Shown piece by piece: positions 36,706-46,298 of a DNA stretch of 64,000 nt. Within the stretch, counting starts at the first letter, position 1; each line of letters begins with the position of its first letter. Position numbers and translations under genes: made by a program. The stretch spans positions 9,700 to 73,699 of the forward strand of contig CAJWYI010000001.1 of the NCBI GenBank assembly GCA_913049815.1, written 5' to 3'. The stretch comes from an uncultured Gammaproteobacteria bacterium (lineage in GTDB: Bacteria; Pseudomonadota; Gammaproteobacteria; Pseudomonadales; Azotimanducaceae). Below the pieces are notes generated by a model. That model was not told the origin of the DNA and did no database searches. It was given only the letters and a program-made list of their open reading frames with translations.

Positions 36706-37973
36706 TCAAGCTGGAAGATGAGCGACTATCCGCATTAGGTTACACAGATGAGCTAACATACGCGCCGGATTTACCGATAGGCAGAGCAAGCATGACCTGG
36801 ATTCGTAATCGCCCGGAAGGACTTGTCTACCGCGACGCAGAAAAATCCCACGATGGTCTAACCCTCTTCTGCTCAGTCACCGGAAAACATGCGACTCTGC
36901 TCAACCCGGAAGGAGAGGTGGTACACCGATGGCACAACAGCGAAGGTATTCAGCATGCCCATATGCTTGAAAATGGTCACCTGCTGATTCAGACCGGTCC
37001 ATTTCGACATGCTGAGGGTCGCCAGAATATGGGCGGGAATTCGGGCGCCATGATGGAGCTTGACTGGGACAGCAACGTGGTCTGGGCTTACCGTAATCCT
37101 GCTCAGCACCATGCATATGAAAGACTCGAGAACGGCCATCATCTGGTCTTAGGATGGTATCCGGTCCCATTGGATATCGTTAGCAAAGTCCAGGGTGGAT
37201 ATGAGGATCCCAAGGCAGACACCGATAACCCCATCATGTGGGGTGATGTCATCCTAGAAGTGAACCCGTCAGGACGCGAGATCAAGCGATGGAACTCCTG
37301 GGAACATTTCGATACATCGCTCGATGTCATCTGCCCGCTAGAAAATCGGAAAGAATGGGCTCACGCCAACGCGTTATCCACAACCCCGAACGGAGACTGG
37401 TTAGTAAGTTTCCGTAACACGAGTCAGGTCATGCTCATCGATCCGGAGAGTGGTGATATAAAATGGCGATTTGGTGACGCTACAAAAGACTTCCCGCTGG
37501 CCCTGAATCATCAGCACGCCGCGACCTGGCTCGACAATGGCAACATTCTGATCTTCGACAATGGCTGCCATCGCCAGGGTCCAAGCTTCTCTCGTGTCGT
37601 TGAGATCAACCCTGAAACCAACAAGGCCGAATGGAGCTATCAGGCTGATGTCATCCTGGCGTTTCACTCGTTCATGTGTTCGGGCGCAAGCCGACTCCCC
37701 AACGGCAATACGCTGATTACCGAATCAGCAACTGCAAGACTTTTTGAAGTAACGCCAGAGGGCGAGACTGTCTGGGAATGGGTATCCCCATTTTTCTTCC
37801 AGAGCCGATTTGGTCGAACCCCTTTCGTATTCCGAGCCTACCGTTATGAGCTCGACGATCCTCGCTTCGATGGACGAGTGCTGGACCCATCACTTCACAG
37901 AGAGGTCAACCAACGGATTAAAGATGGGGATGTGCCGGAGAATTATCATGGTCCAGGGAACGAGAGGCGGTAG
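36654..37973 (+). CDS. arylsulfotransferase (ASST)-like beta-propeller family protein
   Basis: Repeated ...H..E.L.NGH.L... / LDNGNILIFDNG / RLPNGNTLITES blades typical of ASST-like proteins. The start is uncertain (TTG at 36654 or ATG at 36792). Confidence 0.7.
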   Translation: MGELACLRHRGASVRSPLKLEDERLSALGYTDELTYAPDLPIGRASMTWIRNRPEGLVYRDAEKSHDGLTLFCSVTGKHATLLNPEGEVVHRWHNSEGIQHAHMLENGHLLIQTGPFRHAEGRQNMGGNSGAMMELDWDSNVVWAYRNPAQHHAYERLENGHHLVLGWYPVPLDIVSKVQGGYEDPKADTDNPIMWGDVILEVNPSGREIKRWNSWEHFDTSLDVICPLENRKEWAHANALSTTPNGDWLVSFRNTSQVMLIDPESGDIKWRFGDATKDFPLALNHQHAATWLDNGNILIFDNGCHRQGPSFSRVVEINPETNKAEWSYQADVILAFHSFMCSGASRLPNGNTLITESATARLFEVTPEGETVWEWVSPFFFQSRFGRTPFVFRAYRYELDDPRFDGRVLDPSLHREVNQRIKDGDVPENYHGPGNERR

Positions 37974-38067
37974 CGTACCTTTCCACGTCACCCCTGCGAA
38001 CGTGACCGCAGTGCATTTCTACCCGGAGATCCTGCGACTTTGCTCAGGATGAGCCCGCTAGGGGTGC

Positions 38068-38727
38068 TCACGCCACAAATGTCGCAAAGGACGACAACGG
38101 CTCGCGATCGCTCTCCAGTGAGTTTACAGGTGCTTCCGGATTCGCATGACCAATTGCCACCCCACAGAAAAGCATCAACTCCTCCGGTGCATCAACAAAG
38201 GTGGAGACCGTTTCAGGTTTCGACGCCCATGCCTCCTGCGGACACGTATCCAGACCCGCCTCCTGGGCCAACAACATGAAACTCTGCAGGAACATACCCA
38301 GATCTGACCACTGAGGCGGACCCATAATTCGATCCACAAAACAGAAGATTGATGCTGGCGCACCAAAGAAATCGTAGTTTCGTGCCAGGTGCTCAAATCG
38401 CGCAGGTTTGTCGTCACGGGGAATTCCCAACAAGCCATACATGTCCTCACCGACCTTGAACCGCGATGATCGATAGGGCTCTTTCAGAGAAGGCGGATAG
38501 ACGGCATATTCCGGCGTTTCACGGACAGAAGCACGGCTTTCGACATGGGTGCGGAATCGCGTCATGGCGCCCCCATTCAACACATAGATGCGCCATGGCT
38601 GCACATTTCCTCCCGAAGGCGCACGTGCTGCCTTCGTCAGCAATTCAGCTATCACCTCGTTGCTGACAGGTGTGTCAAGGAAGTTGCGGATGGTCTTGCG
38701 CGCATACATCGCGTCAGTGACATTCAT
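38068..38727 (-). CDS. nitroreductase family protein
   Basis: 219 aa. N-terminal RKTIRNF plus APSGGNVQPW motifs. Confidence 0.85.
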   Translation of the reverse strand: MNVTDAMYARKTIRNFLDTPVSNEVIAELLTKAARAPSGGNVQPWRIYVLNGGAMTRFRTHVESRASVRETPEYAVYPPSLKEPYRSSRFKVGEDMYGLLGIPRDDKPARFEHLARNYDFFGAPASIFCFVDRIMGPPQWSDLGMFLQSFMLLAQEAGLDTCPQEAWASKPETVSTFVDAPEELMLFCGVAIGHANPEAPVNSLESDREPLSSFATFVA

Positions 38728-38792
38728 GGTCGATCCCGGCTATGACTGGTCTGAGAGCGGCCAAAGTATAACAGCCACAGGAGGATCAGTTA

Positions 38793-39653
38793 CTAGAAGA
38801 CCACTGTTCTCTGACCGTTGATCATCACACGTCTTTCTGCGTGATATCGCACTGCACGGGCCAGCACGATACGTTCTACGTCGCGACCCGCCGCAGACAA
38901 CTGGCCAGCGGTCATCCGGTGATCCACACGTTCGACGGCCTGTTCAATGATAGGACCTTCATCCAACTGATCCGTCACATAGTGTGCGGTGGCACCGATC
39001 AACTTCACACCGCGATCGAACGCCTGGTGGTAAGGTTTCGCGCCTTTGAAACTGGGCAGAAATGAATGATGGATATTGATGATCTGCCCCGGGAGCTCCG
39101 CACAGAACTCTGCCGTCAGAACTTGCATGTATCGCGCGAGCACTACCATTTCGATGTTCCGACTCCGAATCTCTTCAATCAGGCGAGATTCCTGGGTGGA
39201 CTTGGTGTCGGGCGTGACAGGTAGATGCAGAAAGTCGATGTCCTCCGCGGCAGCGAGGGGGTATGCGTCACGGTGATTCGACACAATCAGTGAGATGTCG
39301 ATCGGCAGCTCGCCGATACGCGTCCGGTAAAGCAGGTCTACCAAACAATGATCCATACGCGACACCATGATCAATGCCTTGGGTCTTCTACTCGCAGGCC
39401 ATAGCTGCCACACCATCTGATGTTCTTCACCTACACGCACAAAAGACTCATACAGCCGTTCGATGGTGCTGCCTGGCTTATCTTCAAGCGAAAAGTGCAC
39501 ACGCATGAAGAAGGTCTGGCTGTCAGGATCACCAAACTGATCGCTATCGATGATGTTGCCATTCTCTGCGTACAACCAACCGGAGACGGTCTTCACCAAA
39601 CCGAGCTTGTCGGGGCAGGATAGGTTGAGAATACAGTCCAAAACGGCTCGCAC
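38793..39653 (-). CDS. purU: formyltetrahydrofolate deformylase
   Basis: N-terminal ACT-like segment (LSCPDKLGLV..VSGWL...GNI), FFMRVHF, and a formyltransferase core with NIHHSFLPSFKGAKPYHQA. Confidence 0.9.
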   Translation of the reverse strand: MRAVLDCILNLSCPDKLGLVKTVSGWLYAENGNIIDSDQFGDPDSQTFFMRVHFSLEDKPGSTIERLYESFVRVGEEHQMVWQLWPASRRPKALIMVSRMDHCLVDLLYRTRIGELPIDISLIVSNHRDAYPLAAAEDIDFLHLPVTPDTKSTQESRLIEEIRSRNIEMVVLARYMQVLTAEFCAELPGQIINIHHSFLPSFKGAKPYHQAFDRGVKLIGATAHYVTDQLDEGPIIEQAVERVDHRMTAGQLSAAGRDVERIVLARAVRYHAERRVMINGQRTVVF

Positions 39654-39847
39654 AATGGATTAAGCGGGCCCTAACTTTACTGAAATTACGTTGAGTCAAC
39701 CAGAGACCATTTGTGCTGAATCCGCGCCTGCTCGCGATCTTTAGCTGCAATCTGCGCAGAAAGGTCTACTTCGAGACAAACGATCCGGAGATCAACGCCA
39801 TCCCGCGTGTCAGCTATAAATTGTAGTGGCCGACAACACGCATGCAC

Positions 39848-40519
39848 TCACCCAATGTGCGTTGCGAAGAAAGCGAGTGTCCGCGCCTTAGCCTGTCTTG
39901 CCGCCGGCTCGCTGTAAGAAGCACGGTGGTTACAATTGAATCCGTGGTCCGCGTCATAGGTATGGACAAACGCATCAGGGATGACTTCTTTGATCTTTTC
40001 AACATCGGCCATCGGAATATGGGCATCCTGCTCGCCGAAATGAAGCATCAAAGGAATTCTAGGACGCTGTGCCAGCTGATTGGCGATGCCGCCACCGTAA
40101 TAACCGACCGAACAACTCAGCGAATCGATGTTGCAGGCGGACAGGTAAGCCATGAGACCACCGTAGCAGTATCCAACCGCACCCACGTTGCCGTAATGCG
40201 CCAGGACCTCGACAGAGGCCATCAGGTCACGAATGGTGGTCGGCATTTTCAGTTCGTTGAAAGCAAGACCTGCACCTTTCCCAAAATCGTCTCCCTCGTA
40301 ACCCAGTTCGACATCGCGTTCTGCACGATCAAAAAGCGCCGGCGCCAGGGCCGCGTAGCCATCCGCGGCATAACCGTCGACTACCTCACGAATGTGGGCG
40401 TTCACACCGAAAATCTCCTGAATCACCAGCACGCCTCCTTTTGGCGTTCCTTCGGGCAGCGCCAGCCAGGCATCCAGCTCGAAACCATCACTTGAGACGA
40501 CTGTTGTCTTGTCTCCCAT
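39848..40519 (-). CDS. dienelactone hydrolase family protein
   Basis: GVLVIQEIFGVN, nucleophile GYCYGG, C-terminal DADHGF. ATG at 40519 with GGAG 7 nt upstream (the track start is 40531). Confidence 0.85.
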   Translation of the reverse strand: MGDKTTVVSSDGFELDAWLALPEGTPKGGVLVIQEIFGVNAHIREVVDGYAADGYAALAPALFDRAERDVELGYEGDDFGKGAGLAFNELKMPTTIRDLMASVEVLAHYGNVGAVGYCYGGLMAYLSACNIDSLSCSVGYYGGGIANQLAQRPRIPLMLHFGEQDAHIPMADVEKIKEVIPDAFVHTYDADHGFNCNHRASYSEPAARQAKARTLAFFATHIG

Positions 40520-40564
40520 CGCGATCTCCATTTCCTATGTCGCATTTGAGTAATTATCGTAGCG

Positions 40565-41092
40565 ATGACATTGCCAACATGCCACTTATCCAAGACGGGC
40601 TTTCAGCTCAGTGAACTGACAGAAGATCGTTGCAAGGGCTATCTGAAACGACAAGGCATCGAGACCTATCACCGGATGCTAGCTTCGATGGTTAAAACAG
40701 TCCTGATTCCTCCAGACCTGCACGCAGGGGAAATACTGACCAATAACAATGGCTGGACGCTGATCGATCCAAAGCCGTACACCGGCGATCCTACGCACGA
40801 CGTCACGCAGCATCTGCTGAACTGCACCGAACACCTCATGGAAGGTCCGCTGGCGCTCATCGACCGGATGGCATCACTCACAGACCAGGATCCGGATCGC
40901 ATCCGACTCTGGTTATTCGCTCGCTTTCCATGTGCGATTGCGCGTACCGACCAATATGGTGTTTATTGTCCAACAACTGGAAGCGGTTTCCCGTTAATCA
41001 GCATCAAAGATGCTGTCAACAATGCCAGCTTCATCGTCACCAGGCCATGGCGGCACCTGGACAGCAATGATATCCAGGTCAACGCGACCTGA
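40565..41092 (+). pseudogene. truncated aminoglycoside/streptomycin 6-kinase-like (APH(6) family) gene; C-terminal lobe only
   Basis: PPDLHAGEIL..NGWTLIDPKPYTGDPTHD...DPDRIRLWLFAR matches the C-terminal half of APH(6)-type kinases. The HGDLH..N catalytic signature is degenerate and the ATP-binding lobe is absent. The 3' end runs 99 nt into the convergent cupin gene. Confidence 0.45.
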
Positions 41093-41395
41093 ATTCCTGC
41101 ATTGAAATGCGGTGCCTTGAGGAATCGCCAGGGACAGCCCTGGTCTCAATGCAACTTGCTGCACCGCGACAGCGCCGTTGTTGCTCATCCAGATTTCCCC
41201 CTCGCCTGTCGTCACGTACCAGATTTCATCAATGCTACGATGCATCACAGCACGCGTCACCTGACCAGGGTGTATACGAAAGTGCGCCGTACTCGCATTT
41301 TCGGTCCGCGCCAGAAGCCTGACTTCTGCGCCATCCGGCGCCACTTCGTCAGGTTCTATCGGGAGCCGACGCACGCTGCGATCCACATCCACCAA
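40994..41395 (-). CDS. cupin domain protein
   Basis: 133 aa with a cupin-like core (...H.H...EIWYVTTGEGEIW...G....IP.G..F...). TTG start with a GGAGA SD. Confidence 0.7.
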   Translation of the reverse strand: MVDVDRSVRRLPIEPDEVAPDGAEVRLLARTENASTAHFRIHPGQVTRAVMHRSIDEIWYVTTGEGEIWMSNNGAVAVQQVALRPGLSLAIPQGTAFQCRNSGRVDLDIIAVQVPPWPGDDEAGIVDSIFDAD

Positions 41396-41476
41396 GAGTA
41401 TCTCCGCGACCTCGAATTATCAGCCCATCATACTCTGCGACTTGTCTCATGTCGGTGAAGGTCCTAGGCTGACTGC

Positions 41477-42643
41477 ATGCTGTATTCACTTGCGGTGCAA
41501 AACTATCGGTCTTTAAAGGAAATGATACTGCCTCTCGATCAGTGCAACCTTGTGACGGGTGCTAACGGAAGTGGCAAATCGAATCTGTACCGCGGACTCC
41601 GGTTGCTTGCGGAGACCGCCACAGGGACGTCCACTTCCTCAATTGCAGCAGAGGGCGGCATCGAGTCTTTGCTCTGGGCCGGACCGGGCGCATTCTCCAG
41701 AAAAGAACTTGCCGGTGACCATCCGGTTCAAGGAAAGGTAAAACAGGGCCCGGTGAGTCTTCGATTTGGTTTTGCCGCAGAACAGCTCAGCTATGCCATC
41801 GACTATGGTCTGCCGGAACCCGTGCCACGCACCATGTTCGGCAAGGATCCTTGCGTTAAGCGCGAGGTCATCTGGCACGGTCCTGTCTGGCACCCCAGCC
41901 GTACCATGGTGGAACGCCGAGGACCGATGGTTCGTGCTCGAGATGACAACGGAAAATGGCAGGTGATTGAGGAGCACATGCAACCCTACGACAGCATGCT
42001 CGCGCGCCTACCTGATCCTGTCAGAGCTCCGGAAGTTTACGTCTTGCGAGAAGCGATCCAGTCCTGGCGGTTCTATGATCATTTCCGTTCGGACCAGGAT
42101 GCGCCGGCCAGGCAATCAAATATCGGTACACGCACACCGGTGCTCAGCAATGACGGCCATGATCTTGCGTCGGCCTGGCGCACAATTGTGGAGGTGGGAG
42201 ACCACGAAGGACTGGAAGCCGCGGTCTCCGACGCGTTCCCCGGCGCCCACGTGGATATTGTGCAGAAAGCGGGTCGCTTTGATCTCAGCTTTCAGCAGGA
42301 TGGATTGCTTCGTCCCTTGTCACAGGCAGAATTGTCCGATGGCACGCTGCGCTACCTATTGTGGATTGCAGCACTTCTGACGCCCAGACCACCGGCGCTG
42401 ATGGTTCTGAACGAACCCGAAACGAGCCTACATCCGGAACTTTTACCACCTTTAGGCCGGTTGATGAAGAAGTGTGCGGAGAGTACGCAGCTGTGGGTCA
42501 TCTCTCATGCACTTGGACTGATCGAGGCACTCAGCGAGGAAAGCAATCACGTGCACCTAACGAAACGCCTGGGTGAGACCATGATCGAAGGCATGGGGAC
42601 CCTTGATTTTGAGACGCCCGCATGGAAGTGGCCGGTCCGATAA
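41477..42643 (+). CDS. AAA_21/ABC-type (RecF/SMC-like) ATPase, stand-alone
   Basis: Starts N..SL.......L.....VTGANGSGKSNLYRGLRLL (Walker A). Has an ABC-like signature region LSDGTLRYL and Walker B LMVLNEPETSLHP. No nuclease or other fused domain. Confidence 0.8.
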   Translation: MLYSLAVQNYRSLKEMILPLDQCNLVTGANGSGKSNLYRGLRLLAETATGTSTSSIAAEGGIESLLWAGPGAFSRKELAGDHPVQGKVKQGPVSLRFGFAAEQLSYAIDYGLPEPVPRTMFGKDPCVKREVIWHGPVWHPSRTMVERRGPMVRARDDNGKWQVIEEHMQPYDSMLARLPDPVRAPEVYVLREAIQSWRFYDHFRSDQDAPARQSNIGTRTPVLSNDGHDLASAWRTIVEVGDHEGLEAAVSDAFPGAHVDIVQKAGRFDLSFQQDGLLRPLSQAELSDGTLRYLLWIAALLTPRPPALMVLNEPETSLHPELLPPLGRLMKKCAESTQLWVISHALGLIEALSEESNHVHLTKRLGETMIEGMGTLDFETPAWKWPVR

Positions 42644-42701
42644 ACCAAGACAAGCTCTTTACTCCACCTGAACTGTACCTACAATATCCCACCCCCCTTG
42701 A

Positions 42702-44594
42702 GTGAACGACGTTGTGTCTATCGTCACCTGCACCAACCTGCACGTCTCGTTTGGCGAAGACGTGATTCTCGACCATATCGATCTTGCCATCGAGAAGAAC
42801 GAGCGGCTGTGTGTGACTGGTCGAAACGGGAGCGGAAAGAGCACGTTACTTAGATTGCTCGCGGGTGAGGCAGAGCCTGATGACGGTACCATCTGGTACC
42901 AAGAAGGTTTGAGAGTCAGTGCGCTACCCCAGACATTGCCCGAACGTTCGCAGAAAACGATCTTTGATGTCGTCGCTGAAGCTTTTGCAGAGACCGGATC
43001 CCTGTTACAGCAGTACCACCAATTAGCAACCAGCCCAGACCCGGACATGAATCTCATGGATCGACTGCAACAACAAATTGAACGTGATGATGGCTGGAAC
43101 ATCGACCATCGCATCATGGCTACGATCGATCGTCTCGGTCTGATCCCAAGCGAGACGCTGATGCATCTCTCAGGGGGCTGGTTACGCCGGGTCGCTATCG
43201 CCCGCTCGCTGGCAGCAGATCCCGATCTCTGGCTTCTGGACGAGCCCACGAACCACCTGGATATCCCGGCGATTCAGTGGCTCGAAGGTGTCATAAGCGA
43301 TTTTCAGGGCACTGCCATGGTCATCAGCCACGACCGGCGCCTGCTTGACCGGGTGGCCTCTGCGGTTGTGGATATCGATCGTGGTCGAGTCACACGTTGG
43401 GATGTCGGCTATCAGCGATTTCTTGAGCGCAGAACACATGAACTGGAGGTGGAAGAGCGGAACGCGAAGCTAGAGGATGCAAGGCTTGCCCAGGAGGAAG
43501 CGTGGATCCGAGAAGGAGTCAAAGCCAGGCGGACACGTAACGAGGGTCGTGTCCGCGCGTTGATGGAGATGCGCGAAGAACGGAAAAAAAGGCGTGAAAG
43601 AGAAACCCTGAATATGGAAATCGATGCTGCACGCAAGTCTGGCAGGATCGTCAAGGAGTTGGAGCATATCTCCAAGTCATTCGATGATCAGCGCATCCTT
43701 AACGATCTTGATCTTGTGATACAGCGCGGCGATCGCATCGGACTGATGGGACCCAATGGCACAGGTAAGACGACACTGATCAGGACTATTCTTGGCGAAG
43801 AAGTGCCTGACGATGGTCATGTTAAAACTGGCACCAAGCTGGAGGTCGCTTATTTTGATCAAAGCCGGGAACAGCTTGATCCGGAGGCTTCTGTCATCGA
43901 TTGTGTCGCGGAAGGTCGCGCCTTCATCACGATCAACGGGCGACCTGTCCATATCATTACCTACCTCAGCAACTTCATGTTCTCAAAAGACAAAGCTCGC
44001 TCCGCCGTACGAGTACTGTCCGGTGGTGAACAGAATCGACTCCTACTCGCCAAACTGTTCATGAAGTCCTCGAACTTCATGGTTCTTGATGAGCCCACCA
44101 ACGATCTTGATATCGAAACACTCGAGATGCTGGAGGAACTGTTGCATACGTACGATGGTACAGTCCTCGTGATTACGCACGACCGAGCCTTTCTCGACAA
44201 CGTCGTCGGCAGCATGTTGGTCTTCGAAGGAGATGGTGTTATCACCGAACATGTCGGCGGCTATACAGACTGGGAAGCGCGAGGCGGCAGGTTTCGCGAC
44301 ACATCTCAAGCAACATCCCAAGCCGAGCCTAAAGCCGTCAACAAGCCGCAGAGGCGCAAGGGATCATCGAACCGTGAACGCGAACGTGCACAGGAGCTGA
44401 CCAACCTGCCAAGTCGCATTGAGGAACTGGAGACTAACATCGCGACGCTCCATGAGCAGATGGCAGACCCTGATTTCTACAGCCAGTCAAAGGAATACCA
44501 ACAGTCGACACAAGATCATCTCAAGATCCTGGAATCTGATCTCTCCGCGTTGTTCGAGCGCTGGGAGGAACTAGAAACAGACCGTGAACCCTAA
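42702..44594 (+). CDS. uup: ABC-F family ATPase (Uup-like) with a C-terminal coiled-coil
   Basis: Two cassettes (GRNGSGKST/LSGGWLRR and GPNGTGKTT/LSGGEQNR), a charged inter-domain linker and a C-terminal coiled-coil tail. GTG start, with an uncertain exact position. Confidence 0.85.
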   Translation: MNDVVSIVTCTNLHVSFGEDVILDHIDLAIEKNERLCVTGRNGSGKSTLLRLLAGEAEPDDGTIWYQEGLRVSALPQTLPERSQKTIFDVVAEAFAETGSLLQQYHQLATSPDPDMNLMDRLQQQIERDDGWNIDHRIMATIDRLGLIPSETLMHLSGGWLRRVAIARSLAADPDLWLLDEPTNHLDIPAIQWLEGVISDFQGTAMVISHDRRLLDRVASAVVDIDRGRVTRWDVGYQRFLERRTHELEVEERNAKLEDARLAQEEAWIREGVKARRTRNEGRVRALMEMREERKKRRERETLNMEIDAARKSGRIVKELEHISKSFDDQRILNDLDLVIQRGDRIGLMGPNGTGKTTLIRTILGEEVPDDGHVKTGTKLEVAYFDQSREQLDPEASVIDCVAEGRAFITINGRPVHIITYLSNFMFSKDKARSAVRVLSGGEQNRLLLAKLFMKSSNFMVLDEPTNDLDIETLEMLEELLHTYDGTVLVITHDRAFLDNVVGSMLVFEGDGVITEHVGGYTDWEARGGRFRDTSQATSQAEPKAVNKPQRRKGSSNRERERAQELTNLPSRIEELETNIATLHEQMADPDFYSQSKEYQQSTQDHLKILESDLSALFERWEELETDREP

Positions 44595-44610
44595 CCACGG
44601 CTCGGTATCA

Positions 44611-45063
44611 CGGATAACTTCTATCGATGATCTGTGGGTTCGCACTGCTAAAACCTCAGACATGGATGACATCCACGGCTTGATTGCCGCCGATCGCGGT
44701 CACCTGACCAACACAATGACTATCATAGACTAGTTGCCGCAGGCATGAACAAAGACAGTCAGCAACACTTGGTCATGTGCCGTTATAGGAAACGTCTCAC
44801 TGATCCAATACCAACCCACCGTGTTTGGTCTGGGATACTGGATTGGTGCTCCGTTTGCCCGAGGGAGATTCACCAGCGCAGCCTTGGACGCAGTCATCCA
44901 ACACGCGATCTCAAATCGACAAGCCACAGAGGTCTGGGCAGTTATCAAACACGTCAACACACCAGGCATTCGACTAATGACAAGACTGGTACTCAAGCTG
45001 GCGCGCGAACAGGATACCCATCTCAGCTATTGTCTAAACGTTCTATGGGGCACAAATGAATAG
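44611..45063 (+). pseudogene. RimJ/RimL-like GNAT acetyltransferase gene with three in-frame stop codons
   Basis: A single frame reads ...DDLWVRTAKTSDMDDIHGLI...(TAG 44731)...(TGA 44746)...CAVIGNVSH(TGA 44800)...FGLGYWIGAPFARGRF...VNTPGIRLMTRL... The GNAT core motifs are in the correct order. Confidence 0.5.
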
Positions 45064-45580
45064 TGCTCCCCCTAGTTTTTTCGTTAGTAATCACATTGAT
45101 CTGATCCGCGCGGGAGGACGTGTACTAGATCTTGCTTGTGGTAACGGCCGTCATACTCGAATGCTCCTTGAAAAGGGTTTTGAGGTCACAGCCGTCGACA
45201 TCAAAGTGGATGGTATCTCGGATATCAGTGATCACCCAAGGCTCACGTCGCTAGAACTGGATATGGAGCAAGCGGGTGATCCGTGGCCCTTACCAAATTA
45301 CCCGACCAAAAGATTCGACGGTATCATCGTGACCAACTACCTCCATCGGCCCCAGTTCCCACATATAGCAGCATCACTTGCGGCAGAAGGTATCCTTGTC
45401 TACGAGACGTTCATGATCGGCAATGAAAAGTACGGTAAACCTTCAAACCCAAGCTTCCTGCTCAGGGAAGACGAGCTGACAGAGGCTTTCGAATCGCTGA
45501 CTGTTCTGGACTTCGAACAGGGATTTCGGGACTCACCTTCACCGGCGATGGTGCAATCCTTGTGTGCCCGCGCTGATTGA
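45056..45580 (+). CDS. class I SAM-dependent methyltransferase
   Basis: Motif I VLDLACGNGR and an acidic loop residue after beta-2 (EVTAVD). 174 aa. Confidence 0.8.
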   Translation: MNSAPPSFFVSNHIDLIRAGGRVLDLACGNGRHTRMLLEKGFEVTAVDIKVDGISDISDHPRLTSLELDMEQAGDPWPLPNYPTKRFDGIIVTNYLHRPQFPHIAASLAAEGILVYETFMIGNEKYGKPSNPSFLLREDELTEAFESLTVLDFEQGFRDSPSPAMVQSLCARAD

Positions 45581-45611
45581 GTTTTACGATCGCGCCAGAG
45601 CCTTTCGAGTG

Positions 45612-46250
45612 TTAGATCTCTACGTGCAGCAGGGCCAGAAAGGATGCTTTCTGTTCATCGGTCATCGCGTCAAAATCCGGTACAAGCATCTCGGTGACCG
45701 GCAGGTCGGCAAATTCAGGTGACTGTTTCTGCATGGTTGCGGCGATGTTGTGGAGACCGTTTCCCTCTTCAGAACCGGCCATCAGTGGTCCACCAATCTC
45801 AGGTGGCCAGAAAATCTCGATACCGGTTGACTCGCCATACGGATTTTCGTGGCCTACGTGTTTTTCGATGGCGGCGCGTAACGCCACCTCACCTTCACGA
45901 CGCTTTGCGCCGCCCTCCGCACCATACAGTGCACCTGATTGATTGCAGATTGCCGCCCAGCGAGCCCTGATGTGGAATCCTGGTAACTCAAGGGCTTCGT
46001 CAGGAATACCATCACCGCCGGTGACTTTGCCATCCTTCACCATGATGTAGTATCCAGCTTTGTCACCACGACCATTTCCCATGAGTCGCTCTGGCGGGTG
46101 GGTATAGTGTTCCGTAAACGCCCATACAAAGTCATCAGGTAGATTCTCGCGCTCCAGGATCTTCACGGAAGCATCCGCACACGCCTGACCCCACTCCCGG
46201 GAGCCAAACTCTCCCACCTCGCTCAACGTCGACATATCAATCACGTACAT
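45612..46250 (-). CDS. hypothetical protein (possible SCP2-like N-terminal region)
   Basis: 212-aa ORF with coding-like composition. The N-terminal FGSREWGQACADA...YYIMVKDGKV resembles SCP2-type proteins, but the family is not established. Confidence 0.5.
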   Translation of the reverse strand: MYVIDMSTLSEVGEFGSREWGQACADASVKILERENLPDDFVWAFTEHYTHPPERLMGNGRGDKAGYYIMVKDGKVTGGDGIPDEALELPGFHIRARWAAICNQSGALYGAEGGAKRREGEVALRAAIEKHVGHENPYGESTGIEIFWPPEIGGPLMAGSEEGNGLHNIAATMQKQSPEFADLPVTEMLVPDFDAMTDEQKASFLALLHVEI

Positions 46251-46298
46251 GGGATGTCCAAAAATCTGTTATCTATTGCGCACCGTACAGGGAAACGC

